From the NCBI GenBank assembly GCA_041659405.1, contig JBAZYK010000011.1, positions 1 to 32,000 on the forward strand: 32,000 bases of DNA. The letters are read 5' to 3'. The position numbers were made by a program, and so were the translations under genes. Shown here piece after piece: positions 9,075 through 17,940 of this stretch (the first letter of the stretch is position 1; each line of letters begins with the position of its first letter). The notes beneath the pieces were generated by a model, which had not been told where the DNA came from, searched no databases, and was given only the letters and a program-made list of their open reading frames with translations. Source of the DNA: Candidatus Altimarinota bacterium (lineage in GTDB: Bacteria > Patescibacteriota > Gracilibacteria > UBA1369).

Positions 9075-9250
9075 ATAACGTCATACCAGAATTCTCTGCC
9101 TCTCAAGCCAAAAACGCCAGACCAAATCTGCAAATTCCAGTGACGAAAATGCAAAGTATTTTATAGGTGAGCGCACACTCACCCATGTCCCTTAAGTTTA
9201 TTGCCATTTGCATAAAACCAGCATAAAATACGAACCTTTTATCTAATTTC

Positions 9251-10156
9251 ATGACACCATACAGGGAAATCGAATTCCAATCAGGAAACGATCTTGATCA
9301 AATTGCAAATTTAAGATTACAAGCGCGCAAAGAAGCACAAGAAAGATATGAATCTATTCGAGATCGTCTGCCCAATTACGCCGAAAAATGCACTGACGAA
9401 CTTGAAAAAGTGGCCTGCCAAATCCAGACTGTAAGAGATGCCGTTATGCAGGAAATTAGACAAACATTATCCCCTGAAACAGAAGTCAGACCGGCAGAAG
9501 CTGTACATATGATTTTCCGCCACGTTTTTGATCAACTCAAACTTAAACCGCCCAAAAATACAACCCAAATTATCGACAAAATTGTTGCAGAAATTGCTCA
9601 AACTCATCCAAATTCTCTAAAAATCGATGATTTTGAAAGCTTAATGACTGAAATAGTTGACGCACTTTTAAAAAAAGATGAAATTTTAAGAAAAGTTATA
9701 GGTACCGAAATTTTGGAGCCAGAGCAACCCAATATTACTTTTCAGGATATTATAAAAACGGTAAGCGATCCATTTCCTGAAGAACTTTCCAAAAAAATTC
9801 TACAAGAAGCTATCACAAGAAATGCTAATCCAGAGTTTGTAGCCAGAATGGCTCGTGAGGACAAATCAGACCTATTATTGCAACTGGGAAGATACAATGA
9901 ATTACCAAACAACAATATCCGTAAATGTATTAAAACTATTCTTCTAATTGCACAGTGTATTGCAGCAATACTTTTATGTGAAAATCCAATTATTCCAAGG
10001 GGCCTTATCATTTTTTGGGAATTAACAATTACACTTGTTGTTTTAGGCTTCATGGGATTCGGATCTCAAGAAGGAGGAGCCCTGAACACAAAAGAAACAG
10101 CACGAAAAAAAAATTCTCAAAGAAAAGATCTCGCAAAAAACCGAGCAAATTTATAA
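9251..10156 (+). CDS. Hypothetical protein with two C-terminal transmembrane segments
   Basis: 301-aa ORF, charged helical N-terminus, hydrophobic TILLIAQCIAAILLC and GLIIFWELTITLVVLGFMGFG near the C-terminus. Confidence 0.7.
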   Translation: MTPYREIEFQSGNDLDQIANLRLQARKEAQERYESIRDRLPNYAEKCTDELEKVACQIQTVRDAVMQEIRQTLSPETEVRPAEAVHMIFRHVFDQLKLKPPKNTTQIIDKIVAEIAQTHPNSLKIDDFESLMTEIVDALLKKDEILRKVIGTEILEPEQPNITFQDIIKTVSDPFPEELSKKILQEAITRNANPEFVARMAREDKSDLLLQLGRYNELPNNNIRKCIKTILLIAQCIAAILLCENPIIPRGLIIFWELTITLVVLGFMGFGSQEGGALNTKETARKKNSQRKDLAKNRANL

Positions 10157-10160
10157 ACTT

Positions 10161-10553
10161 TTGAATGATATTCATAATCTCTTTTTAGCTTTAGACTTTT
10201 GTAAAGATAATACAGAGCAAACAAAACAAATAAGAGAAAAAATCTTAATTTTGCTTGAGTTAATTAAAAAATTACAAGAAGACGAAAAACTGGAAAGCAT
10301 TAGAGAAAACGTAAAAATAGATTTCACAGTTTTGTTTCCCGAACTGGCGGAACCAGCAGCCACAGATGCAGAAAAACCAACAACCCCAGAGTACCCCGAA
10401 CTACACAAAAAACACCGGCTTGAAGGCATCGCCACACAACGAGTCGCTCCCATCGCGGCCGAATTTGGGTTTGAAGAAGCTGAAGAAGAAGCCATCCAGG
10501 CAGAAACCGGACCACGCACACAAGCACCAGCAATTGCCCCCGCCAAAAATTAG
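10161..10553 (+). CDS. Hypothetical protein, apparent TTG start, directly downstream of 9251..10156
   Basis: 130-aa ORF four bases after the previous stop; acidic, Pro/Ala-rich C-terminus. Confidence 0.5.
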   Translation: MNDIHNLFLALDFCKDNTEQTKQIREKILILLELIKKLQEDEKLESIRENVKIDFTVLFPELAEPAATDAEKPTTPEYPELHKKHRLEGIATQRVAPIAAEFGFEEAEEEAIQAETGPRTQAPAIAPAKN

Positions 10554-10689
10554 CCGCCTCCACCCCTCCCCAAATCCTAAAAATCAGTTATAATGGCGCA
10601 GAACTTTCGTGGAGCTTGCTTCGCACGCGACTAAAATTGGCACTGTGCGCGTGGCAGCAACAAGCCCCACGCCCAACTTATCCTCAACC

Positions 10690-11802
10690 ATGGCGTCAAA
10701 AAAGATTCTCATCTTAAGCTGCAATATTGGACAAGGTCACATGAGCGCGGCCAAAGCAATTGAACAAGGTTTAAAAGCACTCTATGGCAATGAATTCGAG
10801 ATCGAGATTATTGATTTCTTTCATACGCTAAGTGAAACCATTAACAAAGCTTCTTATAAACTTTACCAAAGCTCGGCAAAGCATGCTCCCGCGCTGTGGG
10901 AACTTTTTTTTAAAGGCACAAACCGCAAATGGGAGGTCAAAATGGTCAATATGATCAACTACTCCCTCCATTCAAAAAGAATCATCAAACTTTTTCAGGA
11001 AAAGAAGCCGGATTTAATCATTTCAACTTATCCGGTTTGGGATTATCTGGCCCTAAAAATTTGGAAGGAACTTGATCACAAAACCAAGTTTATCAGCGTG
11101 GTCACCGATTCAATTTCCATTCATAAGGTCTGGGTTACTGCCGAAGTCGATTATCATATTGTGCCCAACGAAGACACTGCGCATTCTTTAAGAAAACTCG
11201 GCGCGCCCTTAGATAAGATCAAAATTCTTGGCTTTCCGGTTCGTTTAAATTTCCTGAAAAAGATGGATCGCAAAGCTTTTTTAAAAAAACTAAAACTCGA
11301 CCCTAAAAAAACCACTATTCTATTTCTGCCATTAGCCGAAAATATCAGAAAAAGTAAAAAAATCCTGAAAGAACTTACCGAAAATCCAAAGTTAAATGTG
11401 ATTGTCGTCACCGGTAAAAATGATGAAGTTAAAGCCAAACTGGCATCATTCAAAAAAATGGCGAATGTCCGTATTTTTGGCTGGACCGAAAATCTTCCGG
11501 AATTGATTAAGGCTTCCAATATAGTTATAACTAAAGCCGGCGGAGCCACCGTTATGGAATGTCTTGCCGCCAAAAAACCGATGATTATTACTCAAATTAT
11601 CCCCGGCCAGGAACGTGGAAATGCCGAACTTTTAAAACGCTATCATGTGGGCCTGATTGCCCCAACCAAAAAATTAAGTATCACTGCGGCAATTAATCAG
11701 CTCCAAAAAAACAAGAAATCCATCCAGGAAAATCTTAAAAAAATCAGTAATCCCAAAGCCGCCCTAAACATTGCTCAATTTATTAAAGAAAACTTATCGT
11801 GA
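10690..11802 (+). CDS. GT28/MurG-like glycosyltransferase (MGDG synthase / processive diacylglycerol glucosyltransferase family)
   Basis: MASKKILILSCNIGQGHMSAAKAIEQGL (G-x-GH-x-AA), PDLIISTYPVWDYL, ADVDYHIVPNEDT, KLGAPLDKIKILGFPVR, IVITKAGGATVMECLA. The track ORF opens at 10609, but the conserved domain starts at ATG 10690. Confidence 0.88.
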   Translation: MASKKILILSCNIGQGHMSAAKAIEQGLKALYGNEFEIEIIDFFHTLSETINKASYKLYQSSAKHAPALWELFFKGTNRKWEVKMVNMINYSLHSKRIIKLFQEKKPDLIISTYPVWDYLALKIWKELDHKTKFISVVTDSISIHKVWVTAEVDYHIVPNEDTAHSLRKLGAPLDKIKILGFPVRLNFLKKMDRKAFLKKLKLDPKKTTILFLPLAENIRKSKKILKELTENPKLNVIVVTGKNDEVKAKLASFKKMANVRIFGWTENLPELIKASNIVITKAGGATVMECLAAKKPMIITQIIPGQERGNAELLKRYHVGLIAPTKKLSITAAINQLQKNKKSIQENLKKISNPKAALNIAQFIKENLS

Positions 11803-12806
11803 CCAAAAAAAAATCCCCAAAATCCTCAAAATATAAAATCCTGCTTTACATTCTGCTCTTTGGAATGATCGGACTGGCGATTTATCGCCTGGTGCCCGAA
11901 CTAAAAGACGTTGGCAAACTGGTTGCGCTAAAAGATCAGATCAATTATGGCTGGCTTGGCTTAGCCGTTTTTTCACAACTTTTTCAATACATCGGCGACG
12001 GTTGGCTTTCACAATTATTACTCAAAATGGTGAACGTAAAAATGAACATGAAAGACACCTTCCGCATTGCCGCGCTCAACGTTTTCGCCGCGCACATTTT
12101 GCCGGTAGGAGAAGCCGGAGGATTGGCCGCCGCTTATCATTTTTATAAAAGACTTGGCGTAACCGCTGAAAATTTTATTTTCCTGACAATCTGCTGGGGA
12201 ATTTTAACCAACGGTTTAGTCATTTTGCTGATTTTGATTCCGCTTTTATTTTTGCCTGATTTACCGCTGCCAACACACGCTTCTACAACTCTGACCCTGC
12301 TGGTTATTGCCGCAATTATCCTTTTGTTCATTCTGATGAGAAAAGTGATTTTTGCCAAACTGGAAACCATTTTCAAAAAATATAGCTGGGCACACCACTT
12401 AATCTCGTTCATCAAAAATCGCCACCTTTATTACAAACTTTTCTTTTCCAAACCAAAATTACTTTTTCCGGCGATTTTCGCGTCCCTTATCTACTACATA
12501 GCCAACATTATTACTCTATTACTTTCCTTTAAAACTTTTGGGATAATGCCCAATGTAACCTTGGTAACATTTGCTTATGCCTGCTCAATGGTTTTTGGCA
12601 AAATAACACTTGCTCCAGCCGGACTTGGCGCAACCGAAGCAACCCTAATTTTGATCTTCCTGACGGCGCATACCGACCCCGCCATTACTTTAGCGGCGGT
12701 ACTTTTGTATCGCATTATTTCTTTTTGGCTTCCGATTCCCGGTGGACTTTTTGCCTATCATACCCTGCGTAAAGACATCAACAAAAAGATTTTACTTGAA
12801 AATTAA
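11799..12806 (+). CDS. Multi-pass membrane protein of the YbhN/AglD (UPF0104, lysylphosphatidylglycerol synthase TM region) family
   Basis: Many TM segments, LINYGWLGLAVFSQLFQYIGDGWLSQLL, LPVGEAGGLAAAYHFYKRLGV, KITLAPAGLGATEATLI, LLYRIISFWLPIPGGLFAY. Overlaps the previous stop. Confidence 0.85.
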   Translation: MTKKKSPKSSKYKILLYILLFGMIGLAIYRLVPELKDVGKLVALKDQINYGWLGLAVFSQLFQYIGDGWLSQLLLKMVNVKMNMKDTFRIAALNVFAAHILPVGEAGGLAAAYHFYKRLGVTAENFIFLTICWGILTNGLVILLILIPLLFLPDLPLPTHASTTLTLLVIAAIILLFILMRKVIFAKLETIFKKYSWAHHLISFIKNRHLYYKLFFSKPKLLFPAIFASLIYYIANIITLLLSFKTFGIMPNVTLVTFAYACSMVFGKITLAPAGLGATEATLILIFLTAHTDPAITLAAVLLYRIISFWLPIPGGLFAYHTLRKDINKKILLEN

Positions 12807-13993
12807 TGAACATTCTTTTCACGAGCGACCATTATCTTCCCACCGTTAACGGCATTGTCCATCAAATGGTGATTATTAAACAGGAACTGGAAAAACGCGG
12901 ACACAAAGTTATTGTCGTAGCTCCCAAATGCGACAATTATGACAAGGTTGAAAAGAATGTAATTTACGTTCCTTCAGTCCCCTTTTTCATGCGGCCACAA
13001 GACCGCTTAAGCGCGCCATTCAATAAAGAAATTGACAATATTTTGGACAATCTTGAAATTGATATTGTTCATAGTCACAGCATTTTAATTGGCAGCTTTA
13101 TTGGAACCAAAACCGCCAAGAAGAAGAAGATCCCCAATGTTTTTACGCTGCACACACCTTTTCAGGAGTACACCAAATGGCTTTTCCCCTGGCTGGCCGG
13201 AATTACCCCGCCAATCACCAATCTGATTTTGCAGATGTCACTTAAACCTTTTGATCTGGTGATCGCGCCATCCAAAAAAGCCGTTCGTCATCTTAAGAGA
13301 GCCAAAGTCAAAGCGCCAATAAGCATGATTCACAACGGGATCGAACTGGAAAAAATCAAGCAAATTCCCGCGCATCTTTTTTTAAAAAAATACAAACTTA
13401 ATCCGGATGATCCGTTGCTGGTTTTAGTTGGAAGGATCGACCGCGGAAAAAACGTTCATCTGGCTATAAAAGCCATGAAAAAAGTGATCCAGAAATTTCC
13501 AAAAACAAAATTGATGATTATTGGCGACGGCCTGCAAAGAGAAAGTATGGACCGGCTAATTAAACGCCTGAAATTGGGAAATAATGTTTTCATCACCGGT
13601 TTTATTGAGCACGACCTGGTAATCAGCGCCAACAAAGCGGCAACTTTGGCCTTAATGACTTCAGATTCGGACACTTTACCAACCGTAGCGATAGAGGCCA
13701 TTGCCTGCGGAAAATCCATGGTCGCAGTTAACGACGAAGCCATCACCGCCATCATCAAAAATGGCATGAACGGGATTTTGACAAAAAAAAAGGCCCCGGA
13801 AATTGCGACAGCTATTATAAAATTACTTAAAACAAGTCACATTCGTAAAGGTTACGAAAAAAACAGCCTGCAAATTGCCCCCAACTTTTCAGTCGAAAAA
13901 TATGTGGATGAACTGGAAAAAGTGTATAGTGAACTTATCCACAAAAAATCTTCTTATGGTAGCAAAAAAAAATCTGAAAAAGACAGAGAATAA
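12806..13993 (+). CDS. GT4-family glycosyltransferase (glycolipid synthase type)
   Basis: DHYLPTVNGIVHQM, HSHSILIGSF, FTLHTPFQEYT, APSKKAVRHL, LLVLVGRIDRGKNVHLAIKAM, GFIEHDLVISANKAATLALMTSDSDTLPTVAIEAIACGK. Confidence 0.93.
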   Translation: MNILFTSDHYLPTVNGIVHQMVIIKQELEKRGHKVIVVAPKCDNYDKVEKNVIYVPSVPFFMRPQDRLSAPFNKEIDNILDNLEIDIVHSHSILIGSFIGTKTAKKKKIPNVFTLHTPFQEYTKWLFPWLAGITPPITNLILQMSLKPFDLVIAPSKKAVRHLKRAKVKAPISMIHNGIELEKIKQIPAHLFLKKYKLNPDDPLLVLVGRIDRGKNVHLAIKAMKKVIQKFPKTKLMIIGDGLQRESMDRLIKRLKLGNNVFITGFIEHDLVISANKAATLALMTSDSDTLPTVAIEAIACGKSMVAVNDEAITAIIKNGMNGILTKKKAPEIATAIIKLLKTSHIRKGYEKNSLQIAPNFSVEKYVDELEKVYSELIHKKSSYGSKKKSEKDRE

Positions 13994-14071
13994 GCCAAGA
14001 GGCCATTGCAATGACTTCCGTAAGTATGTTAAAATAACAAGAAAGGTTTTAATTCGTAACACAAAAAATAC

Positions 14072-15814
14072 ATGAAAAAGTTTTTCAGGAATCCAATACT
14101 AAATGTATTGGCTGCTTCCTTAGTACTCGGCCTTATTGGGCCAATCACCGCGTTCGCGGCTACTTCCCCAACTTTAAGTGGGGCAACGAGTTACTCGGTT
14201 TTGGGTAGCTCAACGGTAACAAATACAGGTTCGTCAGTTATTAGCGGAGCTGTTGGTGTCAGTACAGGTACCGCAATTACCGGCTTTCCACCTGCAACTG
14301 CCGGTGGCGGAACACATTCCAATGATTTGAGTGCTCAAGCAGCTCAAACTGATAACGTCGCTGCATTTAGTACTCTTAATCAGAGTTGTGATCAGTCTTA
14401 TGCGGATGGACAGGATCTAACTTTACTTTCACCTCTTGGGCCGGGCGTTTACTGCTCTGCCGGTAGTTTTGCACTGACTGGGAATTTAAATTTAACCGGG
14501 TCAGGCGTCTGGATTTTTAAATCTGCGTCAACACTAATTACATCAACCGGTTCATCTGTTACAGGTGGCGACCCATGTAACATCTGGTGGAGAGTAGGTT
14601 CTTCCGCGACTCTTGGAACCAGTACTTCATTCGTAGGAAATATCCTCGCACTTGCATCTATTACCATGAATACCAGCGCGACCTTAAACGGCCGAGCTAT
14701 GGCTCAAACCGCTGCAGTAACACTGGACACAAATACAATTTCCGGACCGGTTTGCGCACTACCACCTCCTCCTTCAACAGCTACACTTCATGTTGTTAAA
14801 ACTGTAGTGAATGATAACGGTGGAACAACACTTGCTTCCGCTTTTAATCTACATGTAAAACTTTCAGGGACTGATGTTGTCGGAAGTCCAATGGGCGGAG
14901 TCGCAACTCCCGGAAGATCTTATACACTCGCTACAGGCACATACAACGTTAGCGAAGATACAAATGCTTCTTATACACAAAGTTTTAGTGGTGATTGTGA
15001 TGCCAGCGGTAATGTTGTTTTAGCTTCCGGTAACGATAAAACCTGTACTATCACTAATAATGACATCGCAGTTGTTCCGGGATCAGCTACACTTCATGTT
15101 GTTAAAACTGTAGTGAATGATAACGGTGGAACAACACTTGCTTCTGCTTTTAATCTACATGTAAAACTTGCCGGAGTTGAAGTTGCTCTAAGCCCTGCGG
15201 CTGGAGTTGCATCTCCGGGAAAATCCTACACTCTTGCAGCCGGCACATACGTAGTAAGTGAAGATGCAAACAGTGGATATACCGCAACGTTTAGCGGAGA
15301 TTGTAACTTAAGCGGCAGCGTGGCACTTGTAGCAGGCGACAACAAGACCTGTACGATTACCAATAATGATATCGCACCAATCGTCATTCCACCTACATCT
15401 GGAACTATCAAAGTTGTCAAAACGGTTATCAACGACAATGGCAAAACTAAGACCGTTGCCGACTTTTCACTATTCGTAAATGGCACACAGGTTGTTTCCG
15501 GCGTAACCAACGTCTTTCCTGCCGGTGCATATACCATGGCGGAAACCGCGGATACTAATTACACCGCGACATTCTCCGGCGATTGCGACTACAGCGGCCA
15601 TCTGAATATTATTGCTGGTGACAGCAAGACTTGTACAATTACCAATAACGACATCGCAGCCGTAGTTGCTCCTGTTGTTGCCGCACCTGTTTATGTTACT
15701 CCTATTCTACCAAGTACCGGCGTTGCTCCTATGGAAAACGGCGCTCCATGGAACATTGTCATCATGGCTGGTATTCTTATGTCAGTTGTAGCTCTAAAGA
15801 AAGGCAAGATTTAG
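14072..15814 (+). CDS. Secreted DUF3494 ice-binding-like protein with three tandem SpaA/prealbumin-like repeats and C-terminal LPSTG sortase signal
   Basis: Signal peptide MKKFFRNPILNVLAASLVLGLIGPITAFAA. DUF3494-like SGATSYSVLGSSTVTNTGSSVISGAVGVSTGTAITGFPP...GPGVYCSAGSFALTGNLNLTGSGVWIFKSASTLITSTGSSV. Repeats HVVKTVVNDNGGTT...CTITNNDIA. C-terminus ILPSTG (LPSTG at 15707-15721), hydrophobic stretch, ALKKGKI. Confidence 0.9.
   Translation: MKKFFRNPILNVLAASLVLGLIGPITAFAATSPTLSGATSYSVLGSSTVTNTGSSVISGAVGVSTGTAITGFPPATAGGGTHSNDLSAQAAQTDNVAAFSTLNQSCDQSYADGQDLTLLSPLGPGVYCSAGSFALTGNLNLTGSGVWIFKSASTLITSTGSSVTGGDPCNIWWRVGSSATLGTSTSFVGNILALASITMNTSATLNGRAMAQTAAVTLDTNTISGPVCALPPPPSTATLHVVKTVVNDNGGTTLASAFNLHVKLSGTDVVGSPMGGVATPGRSYTLATGTYNVSEDTNASYTQSFSGDCDASGNVVLASGNDKTCTITNNDIAVVPGSATLHVVKTVVNDNGGTTLASAFNLHVKLAGVEVALSPAAGVASPGKSYTLAAGTYVVSEDANSGYTATFSGDCNLSGSVALVAGDNKTCTITNNDIAPIVIPPTSGTIKVVKTVINDNGKTKTVADFSLFVNGTQVVSGVTNVFPAGAYTMAETADTNYTATFSGDCDYSGHLNIIAGDSKTCTITNNDIAAVVAPVVAAPVYVTPILPSTGVAPMENGAPWNIVIMAGILMSVVALKKGKI
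14778..15169 (+). repeat. Two 86-bp near-identical direct repeats (14778-14863 and 15084-15169), 306 bp apart in frame
   Basis: Aligned by eye: 85/86 identical, a single C/T difference; they lie at the start of repeat domains 1 and 2 of the surface protein. Confidence 0.9.
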
Positions 15815-15845
15815 TCTTCATAGAACCAACAACTTATAAAGGCAG

Positions 15846-15873
15846 TAAAGGCTCCATCTCGATGGGGCCTTTA
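15846..15873. terminator. Strong stem-loop between surface protein and SLH-sortase genes
   Basis: TAAAGGCTCCATC-TC-GATGGGGCCTTTA, nearly perfect 13-bp palindrome (one T.G), 24 nt before the ATG of the next gene. No good U-tract, so it may be an attenuator rather than a terminator. Confidence 0.55.
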
Positions 15874-15897
15874 CGTTATAAATCTTCTAAAAAACCA

Positions 15898-16986
15898 ATG
15901 CGATTGAAAAAACTATCAACTGGAGCTCGCTTCGTGCATGCCAGAATACCCCTAATCCTCGCGGGATTTGCACTTTCCACGATACTTCTGAGCAACATCG
16001 CCTTCGCAGCATTCAGTGATGTGCCAAACACACACCCAAACTACGAAGCGATCACGTATGTTCAAACTCAAAATATTGTTGAGGGTTATGCCGATGGCAC
16101 GTTTCATCCCGATAACGCGGTTAATCGCGCCGAATTTACCAAAATCATCACCGAAGCTTATTACAAAGGACAAGCCACCGGAGACAATTGTTTTTCAGAT
16201 GTTGGCACGGAATGGTTTGCAAAATATATCTGTTTTAGCAAAACTTTTAATTTTATCGGCGGATATTCCGACGGGAGTTTCCACCCAGGGAATAACATAA
16301 ATTTCGCCGAGGCTACCAAAATTTTGGTAAATGTTAAAGGTTTAACTGTAACACCGGATCTCAATTTTTGGTACAAACCGTATGTGGAAAAGTTGGCTGA
16401 AGTAAATGCGATTCCAGCTTCCATTACAAGTTTTAGCCAAAAAGTTACTCGTGGAGAAATGGCGGAGATGGTTTACAGATTAAAGGCTGACGTTACAAAT
16501 AAATCTTCCAAAACTTATGAACAACTTGCCGCTCCCGGGTTGCCGGTACGCCTAAAGATTCCGGCAATCAATGTTAATTCCGCCTTTGAATCTGTGGGAC
16601 TTACACCTGCGGGAGCAGTTGATATTCCGAAAAATCCCGCCAATGTAGCCTGGTACAATCTGGGGCCACGTCCGGGAGATATTGGCAGTTCAGTGATCAC
16701 CGGCCACATTAATTGGTATTATGGAGCCACTGGTGTGTTCGTAAATCTTAACAGGGTCAAGCCGGGCGACAAGATTACAGTTCAGGATGATAAAGGAGCA
16801 ACTATTTCCTTTGTAGTGCGTGAAATTCGTGATTACGACGCCGCCGCAAATGCCGTTGATGTCTTCAACTCAAATGACGGAAAGGCCCACCTTAACCTGA
16901 TTACCTGCGAGGGAACATGGGATAAAAATGCCCAACAATATACCAAACGGTTGGTAGTGTTTGCCGATAGAGAAACCGGAGTATAA
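15898..16986 (+). CDS. SLH-domain protein with C-terminal sortase domain
   Basis: Signal peptide LILAGFALSTILLSNIAFA. Two SLH-type units: AFSDVPNTHPNYEAITYVQTQNIVEGYADGTFHPDNAVNRAEFTKII and CFSDVGTEWFAKYICFSKTFNFIGGYSDGSFHPGNNINFAEATKIL, plus a weaker third. Sortase catalytic triad regions VITGHINWY (His), LITCEGTWD (Cys), YTKRLVVFA (Arg). Track ORF opens upstream at 15748, but ATG 15898 begins the signal peptide. Confidence 0.88.
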   Translation: MRLKKLSTGARFVHARIPLILAGFALSTILLSNIAFAAFSDVPNTHPNYEAITYVQTQNIVEGYADGTFHPDNAVNRAEFTKIITEAYYKGQATGDNCFSDVGTEWFAKYICFSKTFNFIGGYSDGSFHPGNNINFAEATKILVNVKGLTVTPDLNFWYKPYVEKLAEVNAIPASITSFSQKVTRGEMAEMVYRLKADVTNKSSKTYEQLAAPGLPVRLKIPAINVNSAFESVGLTPAGAVDIPKNPANVAWYNLGPRPGDIGSSVITGHINWYYGATGVFVNLNRVKPGDKITVQDDKGATISFVVREIRDYDAAANAVDVFNSNDGKAHLNLITCEGTWDKNAQQYTKRLVVFADRETGV

Positions 16987-17015
16987 ATTGCAATATATTT
17001 CCTGATTCATAAAAA

Positions 17016-17029
17016 GTCCCCCGGGGGAC
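17016..17029. terminator. Palindrome GTCCCCCGGGGGAC downstream of the sortase gene
   Basis: Perfect 14-bp palindrome flanked by AAAAA and CTTTCT, 30 bp after the stop codon. Confidence 0.5.
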
Positions 17030-17214
17030 CTTTCTAAAATTGGCGATTATTCTCTTCCTGAAGCCAAAATTCACGGATTACCAGGGTTGATTGTGTATTA
17101 TTTTTCAATCTTGGCAACAGCAACCCAAAAAACGTATGACTCCTCACCCGAAAACCCTGGCCCAAAGCCTGTTTTTGTGCTAAAATAGTATAATAAATTT
17201 ATAAAACAAAAAAG

Positions 17215-17874
17215 ATGCTCAAAGGCCTTATATTCGATCTCGACGGGACGCTTACGCTAACCCAACAATTCCACTTTTTGGCTTATACCGAGGTTTTTAA
17301 GAAATATGGCATAAATTACACCCCGGAAGACGATTATAAATTTGCCGGACAAGGCGGACATTGCATCGTTCCGGGAACTTTTGCCAAAAATGGACGAAAA
17401 ATTTCAACCGAGGAAGAAGATAAAATCATCAATGAAAAAATTCAGGTTTATAGCCGCATGCTTGATGAAAACAAGATTGAACCGGTTGAAGGCGTGCAGG
17501 AATTTTTAAGCAAAATGCAGGCACAGGGTTTAAAAATGGCCGTGGCATCCGGCAACAGACTTGAAGCAATTGAAAAAATTCTAAACCTCGTAAACATCCG
17601 CCAGTTTTTTAGCGTGATTGTCACAAATAAAGATGTTCCAAAATCCAAACCCTCTCCGGATATTTTCTTAAAAGCTGCAGAAAAAATCGGATTAAAACCG
17701 GACGAATGTATTGTTTTTGAAGATGCAATTAACGGAGTTCAGGCAGCCAAAGCCGGCGGATTTAAAAGCATCGCTTTGCTTACCGGCATGAAAAAAACAG
17801 ATCTGCTAAATGCAGGCGCAAATTTTGTCGTAGAGAGTTATGATGAAATCACAGAAAAAATGTTGGAAGTTTAG
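17215..17874 (+). CDS. HAD-superfamily hydrolase (beta-phosphoglucomutase-like)
   Basis: LIFDLDGTLTLT, MAVASGN, KSKPSPDIFLKAAEKIGLKPDECIVFEDAINGVQAAKAGG. Confidence 0.93.
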   Translation: MLKGLIFDLDGTLTLTQQFHFLAYTEVFKKYGINYTPEDDYKFAGQGGHCIVPGTFAKNGRKISTEEEDKIINEKIQVYSRMLDENKIEPVEGVQEFLSKMQAQGLKMAVASGNRLEAIEKILNLVNIRQFFSVIVTNKDVPKSKPSPDIFLKAAEKIGLKPDECIVFEDAINGVQAAKAGGFKSIALLTGMKKTDLLNAGANFVVESYDEITEKMLEV

Positions 17875-17940
17875 AAGAGCTGTGGTCGGCTCCCCTCTCC
17901 AAGTCTATCCACAATCAAATTAAAAATTTATAAACTCAAA

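Noticed and set aside
10589-10594. TATAAT upstream of the GT28-like gene
   Set aside because: No -35-like hexamer at 16-18 bp and no extended -10 TG; too weak to call a promoter by itself.
14072-15814. Adhesin-like repeat protein as part of a contact-dependent toxin system
   Set aside because: No C-terminal toxin domain or immunity gene. The C-terminus is a plain sorting signal and the N-terminus matches a DUF3494 ice-binding-like domain.
15748-15897. N-terminal 50 residues of the track ORF for the SLH-sortase gene
   Set aside because: They overlap the LPSTG protein's C-terminus out of frame and read through the hairpin. The signal peptide starts at ATG 15898.
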